Origin: Eledone cirrhosa
Lineage: Eukaryota
Length of the DNA stretch: 64,000 nt
Reading direction: 5' to 3'
Assembly (NCBI GenBank): GCA_964016885.1
Contig: OZ024746.1
Span: 19,530,001-19,594,000 of the forward strand
In this document: positions 40,675 to 53,080 of the stretch, piece after piece
Numbering within the stretch: position 1 is the stretch's first letter
How the letters are laid out: every line of letters begins with the position of its first letter
Notes under the pieces: model-generated
The model's input: only the letters and a program-made list of their open reading frames with translations
What the model was told of the DNA's origin: nothing
Database searches by the model: none
Translations under genes and position numbers: made by a program

Positions 40675-41354
40675 TATAGAGAGAATAATAACCTTTATAT
40701 TAAGAAGAGAGGAGCGAGTGAGAAACCTTAAAACTACAATGTTGTTAGAATAGTCTATTATAGTCATAAATGATATGTCACACTCTATTTCAGACTTAGT
40801 CTGAATGAAAGAAAATAGTAATAATTGAAAAACAGCCTGCATGAAATTTATAACTACGCTATATAAATGTGGTGAGTGTAAAACAGGTACAAAACTTAAG
40901 AAATATACTTGAATCCTATTTAAAATTCTGGTTAGCATAATACTAATCCTTGAACTAAATTAATTTAATGACAGTACCAATGATAAAGTGCTTCCATTTA
41001 TGTTATGTAAATGTTGGATTAAGTAATTATAATGTCATACATATTTGATTACCATTAGCTTTTTACCTTTTCTTCTAGTAGAACTGACATGGAAACAAAA
41101 AAAGAACAAAAAAAAACCCCATTATTTTTCCAAATTGAGAGATCACAGTTCCGATACTATGGAACTGTGGTTAGAATGTCTTAGGAAAGAATTGCTGGAC
41201 AGATTTTATAGGCAAAACCAGAGGTAGATCCTGAGAAAGATCATTGGATAATATCCATGAACTTGACTGGTCTTGCTTGGTAATCTAGTCTGATGCTTCT
41301 GACAGGAGCTGTTGGAAGGAGGCTTTGAGGACTTTGTCCCCATGACCCTCTCAG

Positions 41355-41391
41355 GAAGAAGAAGAAGAAGAAGAAGAAGAAGAAGAAGAAG

Positions 41392-41457
<66 letters not shown>

Positions 41458-41643
41458 AACAACAGCGGCAGCAGCAGCAACAACAACAACAACAACAACA
41501 ACAGCAACAACAACAACAACAACAACAGCAACAACAAAAACAACAACAGCAGCAGCAGCAGCAGCAGCAACAACAACAACAGCAGCAGCAACAGCAGCAG
41601 CAGCAACAACAACAACAACAACAACGACGACAACGACAACAAC
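41355..41643. repeat. Compound trinucleotide tract (GAA)n(CAA/CAG)n at a LINE tail
   Basis: Directly visible; follows the RTE 3' end at 41125-41355. Confidence 0.93.
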
Positions 41644-42085
41644 TGACATTTTTGGTTGCCTTTACAATATAATTTAAGCAAATACAAGTCTCTACCCAGT
41701 TGTTTGATCTGCTATAATTAGCAGTCAAATTTCTCTGAAACCCTACTCTGTTATTTTGAATAAAAATAAAAAAGGACACATTGGATATTGTAGTCGAGAA
41801 AAAAAATGGTGGGATTGTCATGGTTGGAATCATAAGTTTGCTTCATTAGGATTGCCTTGAGACTAAACAACTTCAATTGATTGGATGAATTGATCATAAA
41901 GATCCCTGGCCTCATTTGCTTACCAAATGTGGTGGAACTCATCAAATTGAAAGAAGGGAACAAGGTTTCTATTGGCCCTTCTATTACTGATATTATCTAC
42001 TGATCGCAACTCCTGGCAGAAAAAATCAACTTAAGCAAATGAAAATGTGTTAAAAAAAAAAGTGTTAGATAATTTATAACTATAT

Positions 42086-42520
42086 ATGTTGAGGTGGGAC
42101 ATGGTGTAAAAAAAGGTTGGGAACCACTGGTTTTGAGATGTTGAGGTGGGGAATGGTATACAAAAGGTTGGGAACCAATGGTTTTGACATGTTGAGGTGG
42201 GACATGGTACACAAAAGGTTAGGAACCAATGGTTTTGACATGTTGAGGTGGGACATGGTACACAAAAGGTTGGGAACCAATGGTTTTGACATGTTGAGGT
42301 GGGACATGGTACACAAAAGGTTGGGAACCAATGGTTTTGACATGTTGAGGTGGAACATGGTACTCAAAAGGTTGGGAACCAATGGTTTTGACATGTTGAG
42401 GTGGGACATGATATACAAAAGGTTGGGAACCAATGGTTTTGACATGTTGAGGTGAGGAATGGTGTACAAAAGGTTGGGAACCACTGGTTTTGACATGTTG
42501 AGGTGGAACATGGTACACAA
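42086..42520. repeat. 51-bp minisatellite, about 8.5 copies
   Basis: Unit atgttgaggtgggacatggtacacaaaaggttgggaaccaatggttttgac. Confidence 0.95.
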
Positions 42521-43700
42521 AATTTTGGAATATCAAAATAAACCAAAGAAACCCATTAACTCTTTAGCATCTAAACTGGTCATATCCGGCCAGAATTCTC
42601 TCACCTCTTTCTGTTCAAACCAACTGTAACCAACTGCTCATACTGATGTTAAGGTGTTGCTCTCAAAATAAATATTATCAAAATCTCATAGATTCGATAT
42701 TATGAGAGATAATTATGTGAGGTAAAGCCTTTACTGTGAAAATATAATAGTATATATAGAGTAATGTAAATGCTAAAGGGTTAAGAACATATTCACTAAC
42801 AATAACCTTATAATAAACTCTCTGTAGATAGCAGTAATATTATTTTACAGACTGCTCCAGTTAAGTATAATATTATAATTCCTTATCTACTGTTGTTATT
42901 CTGGCAGCTAATTTTCTCCAAACATTCAATTAGAAAATGCTTTAACCCTTTTGCATTTAAACCGGCCATATCCAGCCAGAATTATCTCACCTCTTTCAGT
43001 TCTAACTGGCCATAATAGGCTGTTCATACTGATGTTAAGGTATTGATCTCATAATAAATAATAGCAAAATTTTATAGATTCGATATTATGTGAGATCATT
43101 ACCGTGAAAATACAATAGTATATATACAATAAACAAATTAATGCTAAAGGAAAAAGTTTGTAATAGATGTGAGATTGTCCTGTAATACCTGTTGTAGGGG
43201 CACCATATACAGTGTTTCTTGGGCATTTTAAATCTGCCAGAACCCATCCCTCTCAAAGTCTGAAGACAGCAGATTTTTTCCAGTGAATGAGAAAGAGAGA
43301 AAGAAAGTAAGAAAGTGATAAAGAGGAAAAATTAACCCCAATACTTGACTGGTACTTTTTTATTGACTTCGAATGGATGAAAAGCAAAGTTGACATTGGC
43401 AGGATTTGAATCAGAGTGAATACCACAAAGCATTCTATCCGATGTTCTAATGACTCTGCCAATTTGTTGTTCTAAAGACTCAGCAATAGAAAGAGAGTGT
43501 AAATTAAGAACAATAAAGGAAACTAATTCCTTACCACTATAAGGAAGCAGAAGAAACTGAAAGTTTCCTCAGCATATCATTGGTAGATACCAGAGCTGGA
43601 CTTTTACCTGCTGAAGCCCTTCTTTAAAAAAAATTGGAGTATAAATAATAATACATGATTATTATTTTTTTTAAGAACAATGTTAATGATAAAGAATAAG

Positions 43701-43768
<68 letters not shown>

Positions 43769-43770
<2 letters not shown>

Positions 43771-44330
43771 CGTTTCTGAATTTGTTTAGCAAGATTCTTT
43801 ATCTGAAATCGTGTGTTGAAACCGATATTGTTATACTTTGGGAGGGTCATGTTGCCAATAAGAAACACACGCACCAGTTGCTTTCACTTCAATTTATTAT
43901 ATATTTATAAATTTACAAATTTATAAATTTCTGGTTGGTTGGTTGGTTCCACAACCAGATAGTTGTTTATATATAGTCATAGTTCTTTCGTCACACACTC
44001 TGTGACCTCTTCAGTGACTGGGGATTCCTTTCTTTGTTTCTGTGCCTCTCCTTTGTTCTGTCCTACGCCATTTTGTTTCTGTGTGTGTGTTCACACACAC
44101 AGAAACAAAATGGCGTAGGACAGAACAAAGGAGAGGCACAGAAACAAAGAAAGGAATCCCCAGTCACTGAAGAGGTCACAGAGTGTGTGACGAAAGAACT
44201 ATGACTATATATAAACAACTATCTGGTTTTGGAACCAACCAACCAACCAGAAATTTATAAATATATAGAAGTAAAAGCAACTGGTGCGTGTGTTTCTTAT
44301 TGGCAACATGACCCTCCCAAAGTATAACAA
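43769..44330 (-). mobile_element. TA-embedded family C fold-back element with hammerheads on both strands
   Basis: Arms about 43826-44089 and 44092-44333 meet almost without spacer; cores at 43975-44019 (-) and 44162-44206 (+). Confidence 0.88.
44162..44206 (+). ncRNA. Minimal type I hammerhead ribozyme, family C
   Basis: Stem I agtca/tgact, CTGAAGA, stem II GTCACA/TGTGAC, GAAA, vestigial stem III, CUA triplet. Confidence 0.7.
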
Positions 44331-45242
44331 TATATATATATATATATATATATAGTTAAAAGTTGATGCCCACATTATCCACTTGCCATGAGCTCAGCTG
44401 TCGGGCTCAAACTTCTAACTATACATACACTCTACTTTCCCAAGTTGTGGGGTGGCTGTTGCAGCGGGTATCTTTGGTCATTCTCCGTGGTAACACCTTT
44501 GCTATTTTCTCCGCAGGGCATGGCTGAGGCACCATTTAGACTTGTATGTAGTGTCTACACCCACCCCATTTTTCGTTGCTTGATCTTTTTTTCTTTTTCT
44601 TTTTCTAATCCTTTTTTTTTTTTGTTCCCTTTAATGGTGTGTTTTGTTTTTATTAGATACCGCTCAATTATTTTTGTGAAATTACATCCTAGGAATGAAA
44701 TATTGCTAATAAGTAATTAACTAGATAACGCCTGTGTATTTTACTTCACCGAAAATAATTTTTAAAAACATGTAAAGATAGAATAACAATTTATCAAACA
44801 AATGATTTGAAATGACACTTTACACTCACTAATATAAAACGTTAAGTAAGCTATACATAAGACAGGTTGACCCAGAAGACATTAGTGACGCCTATATCGA
44901 GACAGATATTAAATTAAAACCGGTTCAACACAGTATGTCAATGTAGAGAAACCTTCAGTAGAAACTATATAAAAATTGCCGAAACGAAATCAATATCAAT
45001 GGACACAAGACAAAATCTCAGGGTCGTTTTAGATATCAAAATCTTGTTCCGTGTTGGGTGGGAGAGAAAACTTATTTGAGACCCAGAGAATGAGGACAGC
45101 TGAATTAACTGAAATGGGCGAAAAAGGAGAAAATATGTTATTTCGTTATCATTCCTTCTTTCATTTTTACACTCTCTTTATTTACGTGTTTTTATACACT
45201 TGATCATAGTTTGGGCTTGCCTGTTTACTTCGCACTAAAGCA

Positions 45243-45342
45243 ATGCATCCGCCAAACATAAAGTCTAACATGGTATTTAATCTAAAAGATGGAAGATCAT
45301 TAACATCGCTTGTGGATAAAGAAAAAGTGAATCAAATCGATG
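45243..45342 (+). CDS. Candidate first coding exon of the Myb/SANT-like gene
   Basis: ATG-initiated MHPPNIKSNMVFNLKDGRSLTSLVDKEKVNQID ending G|GTGAGT (strong donor, phase 1), compatible with the phase-1 acceptor at 55094; lies in repeat-poor unique sequence. Confidence 0.45.
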
Positions 45343-46564
45343 GTGAGTATATTTTATAAAAAAAAGTACAATCGACTCGTCGTTCGATATTTTATTAACA
45401 CATAGAGGCGATATGAGTCGAATAAATTGCTGAATGCTGTCGACTCAACAGTTTACATTACCCCGATAGATAAAGTTCTGGGAAAAGGCATGAATGTTAT
45501 AACATCCTCTTACAGTTATAAATTTTAAACCTTGTTTGTATATTTTTAAAAAATATCAATAGTTTGCTTCGTCGTTCTTCTTTATTAGATCACTGTCCAT
45601 GTAGATACATCTTCTCTACAATTCCGACGTTCAGCGTATGTCTCTACAAACCGTTTGACTTTTTTTTGTTTTTTAGTTTCTAAAAGATTCCGTCATTTCT
45701 AACAAAACAAGACACTCAAGAGTCTAAAACAGGCAGACAAATGTGATTACGTTTTAAATTTCATTTGGGGAAAGAAACTGTGTGTGTGTGGAAACAGAAA
45801 GAAAAATAGAGTAATGATTACTAAACATAAGCGAAGATTCAATTAACCGAAAAGGGAAAGTTCTACGAATGAAATATTTTACTTTCTATTGAAAGGAAAA
45901 AATTAAACTTAATCGTTATGTCTTTAATAATAAATTAGCTTTAAAACAAATAGAAATCTACTATAATCGGTTTTATAAACCAACAAAACTGTTTCTCTTT
46001 ATACAACATCATGTACAGAAAATATAGCTACATCACTTTGTATTCTAAAACCGATTCTTAAATTCTCCGCACGTTTGTTTTTATAATCTGTTATTCTTTT
46101 TCTCTTATTCTCTCTGTTCATAATAACTCTTATTAACAAGAGAATGTATTCTGGAGAATACCGCAGAACACATTCTTTGCAAGAAGAGAATGTTATTCTG
46201 TAATTCCGAACACTGTCAGTTCAAAGCATTCAAACCAGTTTACTCTGAAATCTAGTTTTCTACTTTCTCTCAATCCTTTTCTACAGAGTTTTTTTTTATT
46301 ATGCAATTTTAGATAATTAAAGCTAGCTTATATATTATATTATAAAAAATTGGTTTTCATATCATTATTCATTTCATTTTATAATTTTATTCTCTTTCTC
46401 TTTTCTTTGAAAGTTACGAACTTGATTTTCTATCTTTTTTTTTTACGAAAGTAATGTTATTGTTCCGTAGAAGTGTGGTATATATAACTTGCCGTGTTTT
46501 CGAAGTTAAACTTTATAACACACACACATATATATATATATATTTATATTTATGTACGTATATA

Positions 46565-46611
<47 letters not shown>

Positions 46612-46638
46612 ACGTATATATATTTATTTATATATATA

Positions 46639-46683
<45 letters not shown>

Positions 46684-46996
46684 ATTACTGCATAGTGCTA
46701 GAGATCATGGGTTGTAATACAACAGGTTTGTATCCAGTGGTATATATGGGAGTTATCTCTTCTTATCTAGTTGGTCAACTTTGACTTTCATCCTTTCGAG
46801 GTCGATAAAAAAATACCAGTCAAGTACTGGCGTCAATTCTTCCGCTATATCTACTTCGCACTTCTTTTCATGTAATCTCTTTTTCCTTTGGAAGAAATTG
46901 GCTGTGTGTGTATATATATATATATGTCCCCCCAAAATGTATACATATATTTATTAGAATGCTGTTGAAGTGTGTATACATTTTTTGGGGCCACCC

Positions 46997-47050
<54 letters not shown>

Positions 47051-47051
<1 letters not shown>

Positions 47052-47117
47052 GTTATTCCGGGTTGAATGTGATGATTTCTAATGAATGAAACAGTTCTAG
47101 TCCTGTAGAATCTCATC

Positions 47118-47118
<1 letters not shown>
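47051..47118. mobile_element. Collapsed family A element
   Basis: 18 bp of the minus-strand terminus fused to a degenerate plus-strand hammerhead (gtgatgatttctaatgaatgaaacag...ctgtagaatctc), (TA)n on both sides. Confidence 0.75.
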
Positions 47119-47143
<25 letters not shown>

Positions 47144-47148
<5 letters not shown>

Positions 47149-47676
47149 ATACTTTGGGAGGGTCATGTTGCCAATAAGAAACACATGCACCAGTTGCTTT
47201 CACTTCAATTTATTATAATAAATTTAGGAATTTATAAATTTCCGGTTGGTTGGTTGGTTGGTTGGTTGGTTCCACAAGTTCTTTCACAAATTCTTTCGTC
47301 ACACATTCTGTGACCTCTTCAGCGACTGGGGATTCTTTTCTTTGTTTTTTGTGCCTCTCCTTTGTTCTGTCCTACGCCATAAACAAGATGGCGTAGGACA
47401 GAACAAAGGAGAGGCACAAAAAACAAAGAAAAGAATCCCAGTCACTGAAGAGGTCACAGAATGTGTGACGAAAGAACTTTGACAATATATAAACAACCAT
47501 CTGGTTGTGGAACCAACCAACCAACCAGAAATTTATAAATTTATTATAATAAAATTGGAGTGAAAGCAACTGGTGCGTGTGTTTCTTATTGGCAACATGA
47601 CCCTCCCAAAGTATAACAATATCGGTTTCAACACACGTTTTCAGATAAAGAATCTTGCTAAACAAATTCAGAAACG

Positions 47677-47677
<1 letters not shown>
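47144..47677 (+). mobile_element. TA-embedded family C fold-back element
   Basis: Inverted arms meeting at cctacgccat-aaacaag-atggcgtagg; hammerhead core 47440-47484 (+) and partial core 47290-47327 (-). Confidence 0.85.
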
Positions 47678-47715
<38 letters not shown>

Positions 47716-48095
47716 GCCAATGTCTTCCAGAGAAGGAAAGAGATTACATGAAAGGAAGTGCGAAATAGATATAGCAGAAGAATTGATCCCAGTACTTGAC
47801 TGGTATGGTATTGTTTTATCGACCTTGAAAGGGTGAAAGTCAAAGTTGACCAAATAGATAAGAGATAACTCCCATATATACCACTGGGTACAAACCTGTT
47901 GTATTACAACCCATGATCTCTAGCACTATGCAGTAATACAGAAGATCCACCTTCTCATATGCAGGAGCTGAGGCATACATCTAGTATGCACCACCTTCCC
48001 TCCCATACAACACCCAAGTAATAACCACAGCCCTAGACTACCTCCAAAAATGAAACCAGTGTAATAAATATTTACCTCCAAACTAAAACTGTTGG

Positions 48096-48980
48096 AATAT
48101 TCACCTCCAAAGTGAAACTGGTGTAATATTCACCTCCAAAGTGAAACCAGTGTAATATTCACCTCCAAAGTGAAACCAGTGTAATATTCACCTCCAAAGT
48201 GAAACCAGTGTAATATTCACCTCCAAAGTGAAACCAGTGTAATATTCACCTCCAAAGTGAAACCAGTGTAATATTCACCTCCAAAGTGAAACTGGTATAA
48301 TATTCACCTCCAAAGTAAAACCAGTGTAATATTCACCTCCAAAGTGAAACCAGTGTAATATTCACCTCCAAAGTGAAACCAGTGTAATATTCACCTCCAA
48401 AGTGAAACCAGTGTAATATTCACCTCCAAAGTGAAACTGGTATAATATTCACCTCCAAAGTAAAACCAGTGTAATATTCACCTCCAAAGTGAAACCAGTG
48501 TAATATTCACCTCCAAAGTGAAACCAGTGTAATATTCACCTCCAAAGTGAAACCAGTGTAATATTCACCTCCAAAGTGAAACTGGTATAATATTCACCTC
48601 CAAAGTAAAACCAGTGTAATATTCACCTCCAAAGTGAAACCAGTGTAATATTCACCTCCAAAGTGAAACCAGTGTAATATTCACCTCCAAAGTGAAACCA
48701 GTGTAATATTCACCTCCAAAGTGAAACTGGTATAATATTCACCTCCAAAGTAAAACCAGTGTAATATTCACCTCCAAAGTGAAACCAGTGTAATATTCAC
48801 CTCCAAAGTGAAACCAGTGTAATATTCACCTCCAAAGTGAAACCAGTGTAATATTCACCTCCAAAGTGAAACTGGTATAATATTCACCTCCAAAGTAAAA
48901 CCAGTGTAATATTCACCTCCAAAGTAAAACCAGTGTAATATTCACCTCCAAAGTGAAACCAGTGTAATATTCACCTCCAG
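48096..48980. repeat. 29-bp minisatellite, about 30 copies, with 145-bp higher-order repeat
   Basis: Unit aatattcacctccaaagtgaaaccagtgt; variant pair ctggtat / gtaaaacc recurs every 5 units. Confidence 0.97.
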
Positions 48981-49081
48981 AGCGAAAATATTTTAGCCCC
49001 TCATTTACGTAGAATTTTGAAGTTGATGAGAATTCGCCAAAATATTGGTCTTGAACATAAGCTGATCCCCCATTATACAAT

Positions 49082-49116
<35 letters not shown>

Positions 49117-51424
49117 TCACTTATTTCGTTGGCTTATATATGAGTATATATAGTAAATATCAGACTTAACACTTTCAAATGATTCACCCAATATTCTAGA
49201 TTCTTAACGTACTCTAGGGTCTCGAATAATTGACCCCCCCTCCCCTCCACTTATTAATTTTTTAGAACTGGAAGGAAACAATGCAGTAATTAATAAGTCT
49301 AAAGTCTGTCTTAAGCCAGAAGGCTCGTTAGGCCGGTGCTTATCCTGGTTTCATGCAGTGAAGTGATTGAGAGTGCAAAACTCCCCACTGAACAGGACGC
49401 CAGTCCATCACAGAGTTAAACCCCCAGCTATTGCTGGTACTCATTTTCAGCTGAGTATACTGGAGCAATGTGAAATTGATTCCAGCCCAGGAATCAAACC
49501 CACAACATTATGATTGTATGTCCAACACCCTTACCACTAGGTCGCGTACCTCCACAGTTATTAATAAGAAGAGTTGGAATTCATGCATGCAAGATTTCAA
49601 TCCTTTATAATCAACCTCTGAACTTTTCAGCCAACCCTCATAAATCCAGCACTGTTGCCATTAATAATCCAATTCCTTTTTGTTTTTGTTTTTTAATTAT
49701 TTAATTAATTACTTTTTTTTTTTTGTAATGATTTCATTTATCATCAGCTAAAATAATGTGCTATCTCTTTGTATATTATGGAATCTAATACATTCTTGAT
49801 ATTCTGTCTTGAAAGTTTTCTGGTGATATGCCAAATTGACCCAAGCAGAGACCATGTTCATTGATATTCAAGATAATGTCTGCAACATCTCCATTACAGA
49901 TGCCGAAAATCAAGGTACATTTATATTTTGTGGAATGTGCTTCCAGTTTGAATCTTGTCATCAATTTTCTTAACATTTTCCTTTTTAACTGCCATTTTTC
50001 TTGTTTGTAGTTTATGTTCATTGCTGTTATTGCTGTTGCTGTTGTTGTTGCTGCTGCTGTTGTTGCTACTGTTGTTAATGTCAGTGGTGGTGGTGGTGGT
50101 GGTGGTGGTGGTGGTGGGGATTAGCTGCCAGTCAGCTGTGACCATCTCATCTTATTTCACACATACAGTATCATTTTTATTTAAGGTGGTAGGATGCAAT
50201 TTGAAGTAGATTTAGCTGCTATTTCTAGCAGGTCAAGTGACTCAATTGAAGTTTCTCCATTGGCTTGTTATGTTTTAAATTATTGCTGTTGTTGTTGATG
50301 GTGAATAGCCACAGGTCAGCTATGACCATCTCATCTTTTTTCACACATACTGTGTTGTTGTGCTGGTGACATGATGAAAAAATACTCAGCAGTCCACCCT
50401 GTCAGTTGGTCATTCTGGTTCCACAACAAAAAAGCACCCAGTCCACCCTGTCAGTTGGACATTTTGGTGCCACAATAAAAAGTATCTAGTCCACGCTATA
50501 AATGTGGTTGGCATTAGGATGGCATCCAGCTGTAGAAACCAAGTTAGAAACAGTTCTTTATGATCACGACTCAGTCATCTGATCTGACTTGTCTCACAAT
50601 GCACAATGGGACAACTTATCTAACCCACCCTAACATGGAAAAATGGATGTTAAACAGTGATGATGATGATGATGATTGTGTCCTTTTTTTTTAAGGTGGT
50701 AGGATGCAATTTGAAGGACATTTAACTGCTATTTCTAGCAGATCAAGTGATTGTATTGAAGTTTCCCCCATTGGCTTGTTATTATGTTTAAAATTGTTAT
50801 TGTTATTGTTGTTTAATATTAGATCATCCCTGATCAAGTAGACCTAGGATCAATAACATTCCAGCCACAGTCAGCCTGGCTATTTTTTTAGATACATTAT
50901 ATATCAGTATCTATGATTACATTCTACACTGTAGGATGTAGCTTGTGCGAGACTTATCTACTTTTAGCTGGTCAAGTAGTACAGTTATGTCCTTAGTTTT
51001 TATAAGGAGGAAGGGCTTCATTTCTGTGTATTATTTTGTTCATGAATATTTTTTTTCTCACTTTCATTACTTTTTAAAACCATTTAAAAAATATATAATG
51101 GATCTCTGGAGAGGTTCAGAAATGGAGGTACTTTTTGGGGGAATCGATTGACAAGATTCTAGACCTTATTCACTTACCGAGTGGGGTGGAGTTCATCAAA
51201 TATGACCATGGAAACAATGTTTCCATTGGTCTTTCTATTGCTAATACCATCTACCAGCTGTAACTCCTGGCAGAATAAACAACGTTAAATAAAGTGTCTT
51301 GTCTTAAGGACATACATAGCACATGGCCCAGCCCAAGAATCAAACTCACAACATGATTAAAAATCCAATTCTTTAACCACTAAGCCTCGTACTTTCACAA
51401 ATGTAGGTACTAGAGCAAAGATTC

Positions 51425-52090
51425 ATATCCCCCTGTTGTCAACAGTTAATTGCTGGCCCATTGCTTGACAAATCACTTAACTAGCAGCCTTCTGAAGCAG
51501 TTGTTCTTGAATGCTTCTGGTCTTCTTTCCATGTTGGCTATAAGAGCCCAGCTATCACACTCATAGAGAAAGATTGAAGTCACCAGGGACTTGTAGAATT
51601 TAAACTTTCCCATATGATATTCAGTTTCATCATGGCAGAAGAGGCCAGGTTGAATCTTGTCATTATATCCTTTTGAGAGCTGCCATCTTTGGTCAGAGTG
51701 GATTCTAGGTACTCGAAGGTGTCTTCCCCCATTCAACATGGTGCTGGTTGCTGTACTCTGGTTATATCGATTAATTAGAATCTTGCTTTTTTCTTAGATG
51801 ATCTCCATGACACTTATTTCTGTCTTGTTGAGAGTTCTTGGAATTCTGCTTCACTGCTACCTAAGAGGGCAATATCATCAGCTTGAAAATGATTGACTGT
51901 CCTCCAATGGAAACAGATGTGTGGGAGTCTTGGGGTGTCCCTTCCATGATCTTTTCCAGGAAGATGTTAAAAATCACTGAAGAGAATATACATCCTCGTC
52001 AAACTCCCACTGTTGTCTTGAAGAACTGCACTTTTTTTAGTTGATATACAGTGCTTGGATTACTTGGATGAACTTTCTGTTAAAGTTGTA
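51425..52090 (-). mobile_element. RTE-like LINE RT remnant
   Basis: Minus strand has GVxRGC..S..IFNIFLEKIM, ADDIALLG and KFKFYKSLVTSIFLYECDSWAL motifs with frameshifts. Confidence 0.75.
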
Positions 52091-52789
52091 ATCCTTCCTC
52101 ATCTTCCTCAAATTCATCTTGCTCCAGTATACTCAGCTGAAATTAAGTACCAACAATGGCCTGGCATCCTGTCCAGGAGGAAGTCTTGTACTCTCAGCCG
52201 CTTCCCACTATGAAAACCAGGATAAACACCAGCCTAATGAGATTCCGGGCTTGAGACACTTTAGACTTTTAGATCTAAGGGAGAGTGCACTGCTTTGTTC
52301 TTAACAGCTTGTTGATATAATCCATGGAGGATCTAATATGTTGTTTATATTGTTACATTGTTGTTGTGTTGATCTAATATGATGTTGATATTGATTAGCT
52401 GTATCCATTTTGTTGACCAAATATTTATGTCTTTGATTGCTTTAAGTGTATTTCTACAATGATTTGCTTTCTATGTGTTACTGTCAATATAATACCCCCA
52501 GTATTATTGCCTTCTGTAAATGTTGTTGAATCTGATATTGTTGTTCAAGGCCAGGTTGGCTTCTGCCTGCTACTGGTACCATGTAACCCAGTACAACCTG
52601 CTTCATGGCCGAGTGGTCGGTGACTAAACTGGCTCCCCCACCAGTCTGGTGAAGAGGGTAAGTGGAACCCCAGCAGTACAAAAAACAAGAACTGTTAAAA
52701 GTGGGGATGAAAATATATATAATCTGAAGATGGTGCCGAAGCTACTAAATGATGAGAAAAGACATCACATGTAGGTGTATGAGGACATC

Positions 52790-53080
52790 CTTGAACATCT
52801 TAAAACCAAACAAGAGTTTCTGGGGAGTGTCATCACTAGTGATGCGTCATGGGGACCCGTTTTCCTGATGTGGAAGCCATCAAGAGGGCCGTGACGATGG
52901 AGATGCAGAGAATCCTGGGAGAATCCTTCCTGGAGTGCATGGAGGTGTGGTGGAGAAGGATGGGAAAGTCTCTTAGATTTAAGGGGAATTATTTCGAAGG
53001 GGAAAATTTGTAGTTTGTAGTTTAGATTTGAAATATTTTTTTGCAACCTTTGTCTGGTTTCTTTTCTGACACACCTCATA
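52790..53080 (+). mobile_element. Internally deleted mariner-like transposon remnant
   Basis: QEFLGSVITSDASW resembles the mariner ITGDESW motif; G(N/D)YFEG-like C-terminus near 52985; ends ctgacacacctcata. Confidence 0.55.

Noticed and set aside
40985-40995. AAAGTGCTTCC resembling a vertebrate miRNA seed region
   Set aside because: No complementary arm for a precursor hairpin; likely chance.
41206-41833. Poly-T, poly-C, poly-L and poly-Q-like ORFs
   Set aside because: Trinucleotide expansion at a LINE tail.
48096-48980. 29-bp hairpin-containing repeat resembling a CRISPR repeat
   Set aside because: Units are contiguous with no unique spacers, there are no cas genes, and the context is eukaryotic.
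49785-50145. Minus-strand ORFs with a poly-T/N start
   Set aside because: No recognisable domain or splice support; begins in trinucleotide repeats.
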